Shown piece by piece: positions 10,156 to 20,140 of a stretch of DNA of 64,000 bases (its first letter is position 1; each line of letters opens with the position of its first letter). The notes beneath the pieces are model-generated. The model was given only the letters and a program-made list of their open reading frames with translations, was not told the DNA's origin and ran no database searches. Origin of the DNA: Ignavibacteriota bacterium (lineage in GTDB: Bacteria > Bacteroidota > Ignavibacteria > UBA10030). The position numbers and the translations under genes are program-made. Where the stretch lies: assembly GCA_963701295.1 (NCBI GenBank), contig OY969585.1:512827-576826 (forward strand). Reading direction: 5' to 3'.

Positions 10156-10659
10156 TTACTTTCGGATAATCACTGGAGCATTATCGCTTAAATTATTCTG
10201 CCCGTTCATAACCACCAATTCACCTTCCTGCAAGCCATTCAAGATTTCGATGTTCGTACCAGCCTCTTTTCCCGTTACAACAGAACGAAGTTTCGCTCTA
10301 TCATTCTCAACAATGTAAATTTTTGCATCCTTTACACTTCCGATAATAGATTCACGAGGTATCACAATCAGATTACCGGAAGACTTTGGCATGAACATGA
10401 CCCGTCCAAACATACCGGCTTTTAATTGCTGCTTGGAATTTTTAAGCACTACTTCCACCGGATATGTATGACCTTCATCCCCCTTCGAGGAAATACTAAA
10501 GATTGAACCTGTGAACACTGCATTGGGGAATACATCCGTTGTTACATCAACTTTTTCACCAACCTTTAAACGAATAACATCTTTTTCCGCAACATTCACT
10601 TTTACTTTTAAGCGGGAAATATCGACCACATTAGCCATCGAGAGTCGCCTGCGGTGCAC
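10156..10659 (-). CDS. RND membrane fusion protein (HlyD/AcrA family), C-terminal part; the gene is split by a frameshift
   Basis: Beta-barrel and membrane-proximal-domain motifs VVDISRLKVKVNVAEKDV. The reading frame overlaps the upstream fragment. Confidence 0.6.
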   Translation of the reverse strand: MHRRRLSMANVVDISRLKVKVNVAEKDVIRLKVGEKVDVTTDVFPNAVFTGSIFSISSKGDEGHTYPVEVVLKNSKQQLKAGMFGRVMFMPKSSGNLIVIPRESIIGSVKDAKIYIVENDRAKLRSVVTGKEAGTNIEILNGLQEGELVVMNGQNNLSDNAPVIIRK

Positions 10660-11221
10660 CCATCACCATCGAACCGATATTCACATTGCGGGCAGTTACA
10701 ATCCCAGAAATAGGAGTCGTAATCTTTGTATCGCTTAATTGACGCCGTGCGACAATGTACTGCGATTCGGCCGATTGATAACTCCATCGTGCCTGCTCAA
10801 TTTGAGAATCAGAAATAGATCCCTCTTTATAGAGTGCCTCATATCGTTCAAGATCCTTTTTTGCCTTTTCGTACGTCACATCTGCTGCTTTATACGCGGC
10901 TTCCTTAAGTTCGCTGTCAACTTCGACAAGCACTGAACCTGCTGGTTTATAATCACCAACCTCAGCATCCACTTTTACCACACGTCCTGATGTTTCGGAA
11001 ATCACCGCCACATCATTATACGCCACAATCGTGCCAACCTGCGAAAAGCTATCAGTCACATCTTTCCTTGTCGCTGCTATCACGGAGACAGAATAGGATG
11101 TTGCAATCGTCGTGGTTGCACTATTTTGCCCGTCACTTTTCGCTTTGTTACACGAATAGAAGCCAAATACGAGAGCAACTAGCACCAGTCCTAAAGTGAT
11201 ATATTTTATTGTTGTATTCAT
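10631..11221 (-). CDS. RND membrane fusion protein (HlyD/AcrA family), N-terminal part (lipoprotein signal, coiled-coil hairpin); ends in stop ...GAPQATLDG*
   Basis: Lipoprotein signal peptide MNTTIKYITLGLVLVALVFGFYSC. The sequence continues in another frame as ...ANVVDISRLKV. A 1-nt indel lies near 10640. Confidence 0.6.
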   Translation of the reverse strand: MNTTIKYITLGLVLVALVFGFYSCNKAKSDGQNSATTTIATSYSVSVIAATRKDVTDSFSQVGTIVAYNDVAVISETSGRVVKVDAEVGDYKPAGSVLVEVDSELKEAAYKAADVTYEKAKKDLERYEALYKEGSISDSQIEQARWSYQSAESQYIVARRQLSDTKITTPISGIVTARNVNIGSMVMGAPQATLDG

Positions 11222-11346
11222 TGTTCTTATCCTTTTAGTAATAATTTTATAATTACTCACCTATTGCTTTGGAAAGCTGCGCGATGGCAAGTTCGTAATC
11301 GACTAATGATTGCGTTAAATTTAATTTTGCCTGAAGTAATGCTACT

Positions 11347-12600
11347 TCAGCATCTTGAAGTTCTGAATTTGTAGCAAGGCCCTGTTTGTATTTCCCATCC
11401 AGTGACCCTATAATTTTCTTCTGCCTGATTCACGCCTTGTTCCGAAACTACTTTTCGTTCTTTTGCTTTTTGAATATTCAGATAGCTCTGCGTTACTTCT
11501 AATGTAATGCCGTCCTTCGTCATCGAAAGCCCTTCTTGCGCCTGCGCTAATTGTGCTTGCGCCTGCGTTGTTTGGTGCCCGGTTTGATTCCAATTCCAGA
11601 GATCAAAAGAAACGGCAACAGATACATCCCATGAATTTTGAAACTCATCAAGTACAGGAAAATAGCGTTGATTCGGACGATTGTAATAATAATTTCCAAC
11701 TAAGTATATTTGCGGCCACCATCCACCGCGAGCTGATGTCAATCCTGCTTCGCCTGCCTTTACACGAGCATTCATACCTAATACTTCCGGACGTTTTTCA
11801 AATGCAGTTTTAATTAATTGATCTGCTGGCGCCCAATCCCGGTCTGTAATATTTATAGTAGAAGCGAGTTCTATTTCAGTTTGTAACGGAAGCCCCAGCG
11901 TATTGTTCAACATATACATTGCCAATTGCACAATATTTTTTGCATCTATTTGACGAACCATTGCATCAGAAAGCTGAACACGCACTTTCATAACATCGTT
12001 AGTCGTCAGGAGTCCTTGTTTGAACAAATTTTCTGCATCGACGGTATGCGACTTTATTTGATCGACATTCTCATCGACAAATTTTTTAAATTCGATTGCA
12101 CGATATAAATTCCAATATGATGCTTTGATATCATAAAGAACATCCGCTTCATCTTTTTTTAGATCTTCTTTTGTCGCCTCTGCCGTATATCCCGCTGCAT
12201 TGATGGCTCCTGATATTTTTCCCCCGGTGAATAGCGGCTGTTGAAGTGTTCCTTTTAGTCCATAATTATTAAGAATTGTAGGGGAAAGCACCATGCTCAC
12301 ATCGCTTGGCGGAAAACCCATACCAAAAGAGTTAGCTGGAAGCGTCACCGCCTCCGGCGGAACATTGCTTAATCGCGTATACGTTCCATTAAATTTCAAA
12401 GACGGCAGTCCAAGTGTATTAACCTCACTCGCTTTTGCATCTGCCGCATGTACTTTAAATTGCGATGTTCGGAGCGCCTTGCTGTTATCCATTCCAATTT
12501 GAACTGCCTGTTCAATCGTTAAAGACATTTTCTGCTGCGCGAGCAGAGGAAGCGCAAACAGACAAAGTGTTGTTATTCCTTTTATGAATCGTAGTATCAT
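11347..12600 (-). CDS. TolC-like outer-membrane efflux protein; the C-terminal roughly 30 aa continue in another frame to a stop at 11253
   Basis: Signal peptide MILRFIKGITTLCLFALPLLAQQ with an RBS (AGAGGA). TolC repeats. The frame break is at about 11400: ...NYRVT|GSLDGKYKQGLATNSELQDAEVALLQAKLNLTQSLVDYELAIAQLSKAIGE* is read in a different frame. Confidence 0.7.
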   Translation of the reverse strand: MILRFIKGITTLCLFALPLLAQQKMSLTIEQAVQIGMDNSKALRTSQFKVHAADAKASEVNTLGLPSLKFNGTYTRLSNVPPEAVTLPANSFGMGFPPSDVSMVLSPTILNNYGLKGTLQQPLFTGGKISGAINAAGYTAEATKEDLKKDEADVLYDIKASYWNLYRAIEFKKFVDENVDQIKSHTVDAENLFKQGLLTTNDVMKVRVQLSDAMVRQIDAKNIVQLAMYMLNNTLGLPLQTEIELASTINITDRDWAPADQLIKTAFEKRPEVLGMNARVKAGEAGLTSARGGWWPQIYLVGNYYYNRPNQRYFPVLDEFQNSWDVSVAVSFDLWNWNQTGHQTTQAQAQLAQAQEGLSMTKDGITLEVTQSYLNIQKAKERKVVSEQGVNQAEENYRVTGWEIQTGPCYKFRTSRC

Positions 12601-12631
12601 TGTTTCCTCTTGTCTAATTATTGTCCAACCA

Positions 12632-13306
12632 TCATCCATGTGTTAAAGCCGCATATTCAGTACGCCCACGATTTGTGAGGATCGATTCAAACAATAATGT
12701 ATTGGATATTTCTAGCGTATGTTCTAAATCGATATTAAACCGTTTTTTCCACATTTCACCTTCATTGTCTATCCGAAATAAAAGAGCTGTAGTATTGGAC
12801 CAAAGAATTACACCGAGTTCAATAGGGTTGAAATTCGGACACAGCACACCTTCTTCCACACCGCGTTGCAAAACGCTATTAATAACATTCCACACCTTTT
12901 GCCCATCTGCATCACAGCTCTGTTTCATTTCATCAGAAACTTGCTTGTAAAAATGTGGGGATTGTAAAAAATTAGTCATCCGAAAGAATTTTCTTTCTTT
13001 GTAAAAATAATCTACGTACGTTGCTTCAAGTTTTACCATCTTCTCAACCGTAGAGATATTGGACAATCCAATACGTTCAAATTCTGCATGTAGTCCTTCC
13101 ATCCCACGCATCATCACGCCAAGATACATATCTTCTTTGCTTTTATAGTAAAGGTATAATGTTCCCTTACTCAACTCTGCTGCTTCAGCGATTTCATCCA
13201 TAGTTGCTGTTGCAAGTCCTTTTTCAAAGAAGACCTTCTGAGCTGCATCTAAGATTTCCTCTTTTCTATGCTCTTTTTCTCGCTCTTTTCGCTCTATTAT
13301 ACCCAC
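12632..13306 (-). CDS. TetR/AcrR-family transcriptional regulator; likely regulator of the efflux operon
   Basis: N-terminal TetR helix-turn-helix EILDAAQKVFFEKGLATATMDEIAEAAELSKGTLYLYY. Located directly upstream of tolC. GTG start. Confidence 0.8.
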   Translation of the reverse strand: MGIIERKEREKEHRKEEILDAAQKVFFEKGLATATMDEIAEAAELSKGTLYLYYKSKEDMYLGVMMRGMEGLHAEFERIGLSNISTVEKMVKLEATYVDYFYKERKFFRMTNFLQSPHFYKQVSDEMKQSCDADGQKVWNVINSVLQRGVEEGVLCPNFNPIELGVILWSNTTALLFRIDNEGEMWKKRFNIDLEHTLEISNTLLFESILTNRGRTEYAALTHG

Positions 13307-13573
13307 TTTATCACCTTTTAATTACTGACCCATAGTCATTCATTACGATACAGTATAATAAAAGTTTCATCTTATGTCAACTATTTTCTATTAAGATTTT
13401 CTAATGAATCAGAAATAATATCTAGTTTTCAAATCAATAATCTTTTACTAAAATACCATAGGAAGATAGAAATGTTGCAAGAATTTCGGCGATTGGAGAG
13501 GAATTATCGGTCGATAACTAAAAAAGACATGAGGTTTTGACCATGTCCTTTTAACATACAGAAAGATTGAGAT

Positions 13574-15004
13574 TTATTGCTTTTTCTTCTGAAGATACTG
13601 ATGAATTTCATTCGCAGCTATCTTCCCATCGCGCATCGCAAGTATCACAGTTGCACCGCCGCGAGAAAGATCACCACCCGCAAAAATTCCTTCCCTGCTT
13701 GTGCGTTGAACATCATCCGCAATAACAACACCTTTCCGCCCTGTTTTTAAACCAGGAGTTGTCGATTGAATGATAGGATTGGGCGATTGTCCAACAGCTT
13801 CAATAACATTTTGCACTTCAACGACAAATTCCGGTTCGGTGGATGGAATGGGTTTACGGCGCCCGGATTCATCCTGTTCACCATGTTCCATTTTCTGGCA
13901 CTCGATGCTACGTACGTTTCCGTTTTGATCGCCAAGAATACGAGTCGGATTCGTCAGCATCATAAATTCAATACCCTCTTCCTCTGCATGATGAACTTCT
14001 TCCGCACGTGCAGGCATTTCCGTATGTGAGCGGCGATAGATTAAGTATGCATGTTCCGCTCCAAGACGTTTTGATGTGCGTACTGCATCCATAGCTGTGT
14101 TACCGCCGCCGATCACTGCGACACTTTTCCCGACTTTAATCGGCGTATCATACTCAGGAAATTTGTATGCCTTCATCAGATTGACGCGTGTGAGGAATTC
14201 ATTCGCCGAGTAAACACCATTGAGATTCTCGCCAGGAATTCTCATAAACTGCGGCGTGCCAGCACCGGTTCCAAGAAAGATTGCATTGAAGCCCCACTCT
14301 ACTAAAAACTCGTCGATGGTCGCGGTGCGCCCAACTAGAAAATTTGTTTCGATCTTAACACCTAGAGCTTTTATGCGCTCTACTTCCAAATCAAGAACAG
14401 TCCGTGGAAGGCGAAACTCCGGAATACCGTATCTTAGCACTCCGCCAACTGCATGGAGCGCTTCAAAGATCGTCACTTGATAGCCGAGCTTCGCTAGCTC
14501 AGCGGCGCATGTCAAACCAGCCGGACCCGAACCGACGATTGCGATTTTCTCAGAGCGATGCTCATTAATAACTGGCAGAGAAAATAATTTATGTTTCAAT
14601 TCATAATCGGCAACGAATCGTTCAAGCTTGCCGATCGCTACGGGATCATGCTTTTTGCCAAGTGTGCAAACCTGTTCGCACTGCTCCTCTTGCGGACAAA
14701 CGCGCCCGCAAATAGCCGGCAGATAATTCGACTCACGAATCTTGTTGACGGCGCCAACATAGTCTTTCTGATAGACCAATTGAACAAAGGAACGAATATC
14801 GATATTGACCGGGCAGCCTTCCTGGCAAATAGGGTTCTGACATTCAAGACAACGGGCCGCTTCGAGCAAAGCTCTTTCTTCATCTACTCCGAAAGACACT
14901 TCGGTGAAATTGCGTTTTCGCTCATTGGGTTGCTGCTCGAGAGAAGATTGTCTCGGAATTTTCATCCTCTCGGAGGGTTTCATCTTATTCACATTCGTCT
15001 TCAT
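13574..15004 (-). CDS. nfnB: NfnB: NADH-dependent reduced-ferredoxin:NADP+ oxidoreductase large subunit (GltD-like, 2x[4Fe-4S] + FAD)
   Basis: Cysteine clusters CLECQNPICQEGCPV. Dinucleotide-binding motif IVGSGPAGL. The start ATG overlaps the nfnA stop as ATGA. Strong RBS (GGGAGGG). Confidence 0.8.
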   Translation of the reverse strand: MKTNVNKMKPSERMKIPRQSSLEQQPNERKRNFTEVSFGVDEERALLEAARCLECQNPICQEGCPVNIDIRSFVQLVYQKDYVGAVNKIRESNYLPAICGRVCPQEEQCEQVCTLGKKHDPVAIGKLERFVADYELKHKLFSLPVINEHRSEKIAIVGSGPAGLTCAAELAKLGYQVTIFEALHAVGGVLRYGIPEFRLPRTVLDLEVERIKALGVKIETNFLVGRTATIDEFLVEWGFNAIFLGTGAGTPQFMRIPGENLNGVYSANEFLTRVNLMKAYKFPEYDTPIKVGKSVAVIGGGNTAMDAVRTSKRLGAEHAYLIYRRSHTEMPARAEEVHHAEEEGIEFMMLTNPTRILGDQNGNVRSIECQKMEHGEQDESGRRKPIPSTEPEFVVEVQNVIEAVGQSPNPIIQSTTPGLKTGRKGVVIADDVQRTSREGIFAGGDLSRGGATVILAMRDGKIAANEIHQYLQKKKQ

Positions 15005-15879
15005 GCCATACCCTCCCGTTTGCAAACGTGAGGCTCTTCTGTAAATCGGTCAACTGATATTTTTTCCATATCAGTATAGTTTCGATTGCGCAAGAGCATT
15101 TCGTCGAAATCTACTTCATGCCCTTCAAACTCTGGACCATCAATACATGCAAATTTCATTTGTCCATTTATCGACACACGGCATCCGCCGCACATACCTG
15201 TACCGTCCACCATCACGGCATTTAAGCTTACAACTGTTCGCACATTATATGGCATCGTAAGATTGGACACCGCCTTCATCATTGGCAATGGACCAATAGC
15301 GTAGACCAGGTTAATTCCAAGATTGGTATCGAGTAATTCCTTAAGTTGATCCGTTACAAATCCTTTACGTTTGTATGAACCGTCATCTGTTGTGATATAT
15401 AATGTATCAGAGACTTGTTGCATTTCTTTTTCGAGAATCACCAACTCCTTAGACCGTGCACCAACAATCGTGTAAATTGTATTCCCTGCTTCCTTTAATG
15501 CCTTTGTTATCGGATACAATTCAGCAGTGCCAACACCACCGCCTATACAGGCAATTGTTTTTCCCGTTTCGATTGGCGTAGGATTCCCCAATGGACCCAT
15601 AAGATCCATAATGTACTCTCCGGCATTTTTCGCAGCGAGCGCTTTTGTTGTTTTTCCAATGGCTTGCACTATTAAAGTAACAGTGCCCTCTTTGAGATTG
15701 CTGTCAACCAATGTGAGCGGAATACGCTCACCGGTTTCTTCTACACGAATGATGACGAAATTTCCCGCTTTTCGTTTTCGCGCTACATATGGTGCCTCAA
15801 TTATATATTTTGTAATGGTCGATGCAAGAATTTCTTTTTGAATAATCCGATACACAACAACTCCTTCATTTTTTTTCAC
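15001..15879 (-). CDS. nfnA: NfnA: small subunit (PyrK/SudB-like, FAD + 2Fe-2S)
   Basis: PyrK-like fold. C-terminal motif CGGCRV...C. Adjacent to and co-oriented with nfnB. Confidence 0.8.
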   Translation of the reverse strand: MKKNEGVVVYRIIQKEILASTITKYIIEAPYVARKRKAGNFVIIRVEETGERIPLTLVDSNLKEGTVTLIVQAIGKTTKALAAKNAGEYIMDLMGPLGNPTPIETGKTIACIGGGVGTAELYPITKALKEAGNTIYTIVGARSKELVILEKEMQQVSDTLYITTDDGSYKRKGFVTDQLKELLDTNLGINLVYAIGPLPMMKAVSNLTMPYNVRTVVSLNAVMVDGTGMCGGCRVSINGQMKFACIDGPEFEGHEVDFDEMLLRNRNYTDMEKISVDRFTEEPHVCKREGMA

Positions 15880-16130
15880 TGAACTAGAAAAGCACTATTA
15901 TGTCTGCAACCTTTATGCCGCTTTTTACAAAACGTGAGCTGTCAAAATCTTTGTCAGTTAGCCTTCTTCAATATAATTTATCGGGAGATCTTCTCAAATC
16001 CTATACACTGCTTCTAACAATTGAGAACGAGAGCATGAAAATAATCTTGCCTTTGCGTACACAATTCGATATCTTGATACAGCTACAATAAGCCTGTTAT
16101 GCAAATAACGGGCTTTATTGTCTATTTCAT

Positions 16131-16205
16131 GGTGGCCATAGTTCAGTTGGTTAGAACGCCAGGTTGTGGCCCTGGAGGTCGTGGGTTCAAATCCCACTGG
16201 TCACC
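16131..16205 (+). tRNA. tRNA-His (anticodon GUG) with an extra 5' G(-1)
   Basis: Acceptor stem GTGGCCA pairs with TGGTCAC. Anticodon loop TTGTGGC. The G(-1) pairs with C73. Confidence 0.85.
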
Positions 16206-16315
16206 CTAAGTGCATTGAGTGATTTGCGGTTTGATGAGTATATGATTGCGTGTATAGGTGACTTTTCTTTTTCTTCCAATCATTAAATCGTCAATCAGAA
16301 AATCTACAATGACTC

Positions 16316-16388
16316 GCCCCTATCGTCTAGAGGCCTAGGACACGGGCTTTTCAAGCCTGGAACACGAGTTCGAATCTCGTTGGGGGCA
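16316..16388 (+). tRNA. tRNA-Glu (anticodon UUC)
   Basis: Acceptor stem GCCCCTA pairs with TGGGGGC. Anticodon loop TTTTCAA. T-loop GTTCGAATC. Confidence 0.85.
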
Positions 16389-16457
16389 CAAGGGTTTTAG
16401 CATTTTCCTCTCCTAATTGCTAACACTTCTGCTAACACTTTTCTGCAGGAGTGCACT

Positions 16458-17537
16458 ATGGCTTCCTTGATTAAACGTTCTAACGGTATCTACTATTTCA
16501 TTACTCAATTCAATGGTGTGCGTCGTTGGATTAGTACGGGTGAGAAAACTCGTGAGAAAGCTCTCAAGAGAATCCCTTCCCTCAGCTTCGAACACAGACA
16601 CAAAAACAAAATTCCCAATCTTTCTGACTACATAGAGCAATTTCTCAGCATCGGATGCAATAGCTATCGAGAAGGAACGAAAGAAATTTATGAAAGAGCA
16701 ATGTATTCCTTTCTCGATTGCGTGGGTAATAAAAAGCTCTCTCTCATTAGCATAAAAGATATTGATAAGTACAGACAAGCAAAGCTTCAAATTATTCTCC
16801 CTACTACTATGAATATTTATCTTCGAACTCTCAAATCCGCATTTAATAAAGCAGTTCAATGGGAGCTCTTGCAGCATAATCCTTTTTCAAGACTACCACT
16901 CTGTCCTGTTCCTCAACGAGCTCCACAGTTCTTCACTCTCGATCATTTTAAAGCATTGACAAAAACGATCAAGGAACCATGGCTGTTGCAGGCCATCCAT
17001 CTTGCAGTCTTTACCGGAATGCGAAGATCCGAGATAGTAAATTTGCAATGGAAGCATATTGATTTTTCAAGGGAGTTAATTATTGTCGAATCGGATGCAA
17101 ATTTTCAAACAAAGACCGGAAAACGACGGCTTCTTCCGATGAACTCTATAGTATTTCAAATGCTACGGTCTATGTTTATCACAAGAACAGGAGAATATGT
17201 CATTATGTTGAATGGAAAGAAGTTGCGAGACATTTGGCTTTCAAGGAGATTTAAACAATACATCTGCAAAATGAATATTGACATTTCCATGCATTTTCAC
17301 ATTCTTCGTCACACTTTCGGCAGTTGGCTAGCACAGGCCGGAGTGCCTATATACGAAATACAAGCACTTATGGGTCATTCAAACATAAGGGTTACAATGT
17401 CGTATAGCCACTTAATACCGAAACAATTGAGAGCGAGCGTTGAGATGCTTGTACCGTTTGATCAATTAATTCATAACGGACAACCCTGCGAGGACATTGA
17501 TCCTCGCAAGACTTCTTCGCAAGCCATCGTTTTCTAG
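16458..17537 (+). CDS. Tyrosine recombinase / phage-type integrase
   Basis: C-terminal catalytic motifs ...HILRHTFGSWLAQAG...LMGHSNIRVTMSYSHL. Located 70 bp downstream of tRNA-Glu. Confidence 0.85.
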   Translation: MASLIKRSNGIYYFITQFNGVRRWISTGEKTREKALKRIPSLSFEHRHKNKIPNLSDYIEQFLSIGCNSYREGTKEIYERAMYSFLDCVGNKKLSLISIKDIDKYRQAKLQIILPTTMNIYLRTLKSAFNKAVQWELLQHNPFSRLPLCPVPQRAPQFFTLDHFKALTKTIKEPWLLQAIHLAVFTGMRRSEIVNLQWKHIDFSRELIIVESDANFQTKTGKRRLLPMNSIVFQMLRSMFITRTGEYVIMLNGKKLRDIWLSRRFKQYICKMNIDISMHFHILRHTFGSWLAQAGVPIYEIQALMGHSNIRVTMSYSHLIPKQLRASVEMLVPFDQLIHNGQPCEDIDPRKTSSQAIVF

Positions 17538-18488
17538 GTGGCAATAGATTTCGGTAGTGCTCAAATTTTTATGGCCCAGTAGCTTTTGAACTTCATAGAT
17601 GGGGGTTTGTGCTTGTGTAAGCCAAGAAGCACAGGTATCTCTGAGATTATGAAAATGATAATGTTCTGACAAACCACTTTTGTGGACATATTGTTTAAAA
17701 ACTCTTGTGATATAATGAGGTTTCAGTGCTTTTTCCTCTTTATTGACAAACACATATCCCTCTGTTTTCCTCAGCGTAAGTAGCATTTTTTTGATAAATG
17801 GATGCATCGGTATTGTTCGGGGATGCATACCTTTTACACGAAACGTACCTCTATTACGTATTCGGATCAGAGAATTTTGAAAATCTAGATCTTCCCACAT
17901 TAAATTACAAATTTCACCTCTTCTCATACCTTCATGAACTGCGATTATAATAATATTTCGGAATTGAATATCATTTACGCTATCCAATAATGTTTTAAAG
18001 TCTGTTTTTGTAAAATATGTTGGCTCCTTATCAGGGACTGGTATTTCCTTGCAGCGCTGGGCGGGATTATCTGATACTAATCTCCAGTTCACTCCCAAAT
18101 TAAATGCTGCCTGAATAGTGCGAAGATAAATATTAACTGTCACAGGCTTCACATCTGCTAAACATTTTTGTTTAAACTTTTCGATTAACAAGGGCGTCAC
18201 TCCAATTAACGCTATATCTCCCAGGGCATGGATTAATTTATCAAAGCTCCGTTGATAGATCGATAGAGTACCAGAAGATAAATTTGTCGATACATATTGA
18301 CAGACCAATTTTTGAAAGGCACTTAAGGTCATAAGTTTTGGTCTTTCAAGACTACTCGAGATAGTTTCGGCGATTCTTTTGGCTTCTTCTTGATCCCGGG
18401 AACGTGTAGAACGCCATCTACGATTTCCTTCAAAATCGTAAAATGCAATATAAAAGATCCCATTATTCCGTTTAAAGAGAGAAGCCAT
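17466..18488 (-). CDS. Tyrosine recombinase / integrase, a paralogue of the upstream gene; its 3' end overlaps that gene by 72 nt
   Basis: Motifs HNLRDTCASWL...LLGHKNLSTTEIYCHL. The N-terminus MASLFKRNNGIFY resembles MASLIKRSNGIYY of the neighbouring gene. Confidence 0.85.
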   Translation of the reverse strand: MASLFKRNNGIFYIAFYDFEGNRRWRSTRSRDQEEAKRIAETISSSLERPKLMTLSAFQKLVCQYVSTNLSSGTLSIYQRSFDKLIHALGDIALIGVTPLLIEKFKQKCLADVKPVTVNIYLRTIQAAFNLGVNWRLVSDNPAQRCKEIPVPDKEPTYFTKTDFKTLLDSVNDIQFRNIIIIAVHEGMRRGEICNLMWEDLDFQNSLIRIRNRGTFRVKGMHPRTIPMHPFIKKMLLTLRKTEGYVFVNKEEKALKPHYITRVFKQYVHKSGLSEHYHFHNLRDTCASWLTQAQTPIYEVQKLLGHKNLSTTEIYCHLENDGLRRSLARINVLAGLSVMN

Positions 18489-18560
18489 TGCTTTTATCTA
18501 ACCTTTACAATTACCCAACTTCATAACACTCTATTTTTGAAATTATGTGCATACGCTTAA

Positions 18561-19316
18561 TCATTTCTTTTTAGGGAAATGTTTATTTAAATATTCCTCA
18601 TCATTTTCAAACAACGATGCATTAATTTCTGCTCTTCGATTTATTTGATCAAACTCTTCATCAGAGATGCCTATCATTTGTGCTATGGAATAATTCAGTC
18701 TTTCCGATTCACTTTTAAAAACCCTTGGCGATTTGACCGAACCAGTAGGTGCTTGAATTGATGTAGGATCACTACTCCCTATTCCATATTGTTTTTTTAA
18801 CCTCTGAAATTCGGAATGAAAACCTAATTCCCAAGCTGGTCCCGAAATCATAACGCTTGCTGGTGAAGAAGGTTTAGGTTTGCGTGTGCTATTATATACC
18901 AGCCTATGGCAATCTCTGCATCCCAGCGTTTGCTCGCCCGGAGGCAGATAAAGAATACTCACTGTTTGGTTGCAAGTATTACCGTTTTCCCTCTCAAAAG
19001 GACAAGTTAGATAGAGACGTTCACCTCCACGCGATAATTTAGAAGGATAGGTCAATATTGAATAATCAAATTCATCAGTTTTTGGACTGTTTCCAGAATA
19101 AGCCGGATACGTTACATCGATATAAAACCTCCCTTGCCAATCCACAGTTGTTCTCCCCCAAATACATATTCTACCTACTTCACGATCTGTAGGAGGGTTC
19201 GTTATTTGAGTGATTTCACCAATATTTTCAGAAAATAAACCTGAGTCACAGAGTTCTCTAATGTTCAGCGTCCAGCAATCTTCAACTCTAAATTTTGAAT
19301 CATATTTTCCAGTCAT
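18561..19316 (-). CDS. Hypothetical protein with Cys/His clusters (island cargo)
   Basis: 251-aa ORF. No recognisable family. CxxC...CxxC-type pairs. Confidence 0.4.
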   Translation of the reverse strand: MTGKYDSKFRVEDCWTLNIRELCDSGLFSENIGEITQITNPPTDREVGRICIWGRTTVDWQGRFYIDVTYPAYSGNSPKTDEFDYSILTYPSKLSRGGERLYLTCPFERENGNTCNQTVSILYLPPGEQTLGCRDCHRLVYNSTRKPKPSSPASVMISGPAWELGFHSEFQRLKKQYGIGSSDPTSIQAPTGSVKSPRVFKSESERLNYSIAQMIGISDEEFDQINRRAEINASLFENDEEYLNKHFPKKK

Positions 19317-19368
19317 CTTACCTCCTAAATCTTTCTAAATTTTCAATAGAAATCATTTTTTAACCATT

Positions 19369-19920
19369 TTACTCTAAGAGCAAATTAGACTCAGAATTGT
19401 TCGTTTCCCCTGGTCTGGTTTCAGATATAACCGCTGACTGGGTCGAGTCTGTTTCTTCAGACTGTTTACCAGATTCCCTCCATTCACTTTCCACACGTTT
19501 TTTCACTTCTTGCAGATCCGTCAAATTTTGCCTGCAAAAATCAATGTGGCAGAGAATGAACTGCTTTGGAGTTATACCTACTACTTTTGCGATCGATCCT
19601 AAATTGCCAGGCCAGTACATTCTATTTCGTCGATCCTCTGGTCTCTGGGATATAAGCCATTGACTTATAATTGGGAACAATGTGAAATCACTAGCATCTA
19701 ATGAATAATCGCGATAATGTAATTTTAGTTTAGATTTCTCCATGTCAATTCGAAATAGATTTTCAAGCGTCGATAGTTTCAAGAGTCGAATTTTATGTCT
19801 TTTTTTCATCCTTTTTTTGGCCGCTGGTTTAACCGAAATGGCATCTCCTGATTCCTTGAAAATTTCCAATAATTGCACATTACTCATTTTATTCTCCTCT
19901 GTTTTTTCTATTGGTCTCAT
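19369..19920 (-). CDS. Hypothetical protein (island cargo)
   Basis: 183-aa ORF. The start may be at the internal Met (MSNVQLLEIF). Confidence 0.35.
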   Translation of the reverse strand: MRPIEKTEENKMSNVQLLEIFKESGDAISVKPAAKKRMKKRHKIRLLKLSTLENLFRIDMEKSKLKLHYRDYSLDASDFTLFPIISQWLISQRPEDRRNRMYWPGNLGSIAKVVGITPKQFILCHIDFCRQNLTDLQEVKKRVESEWRESGKQSEETDSTQSAVISETRPGETNNSESNLLLE

Positions 19921-20140
19921 TAATTTTCGTAATTGACATCATTTATATTCCTCATATGTCCAATATTTAGCCTTCCAGCAGAAAAAAGCAACTTTTTAAG
20001 TACATATAATTACACTTAATTATTTGAGTAATAGCCGTAATTCGCATGCTTTAGCAAATATTTTCCTAAATCTTCTTAATATTATCTCATATCCCCTTGT
20101 CATATTGGACAAAACGACTATTTCGATAAAGCCACATGGT

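Noticed and set aside
15994-16197. 67-aa ORF on the minus strand
   Set aside because: It is entirely antisense to tRNA-His and its flank, so it is an ORF-finder artefact.
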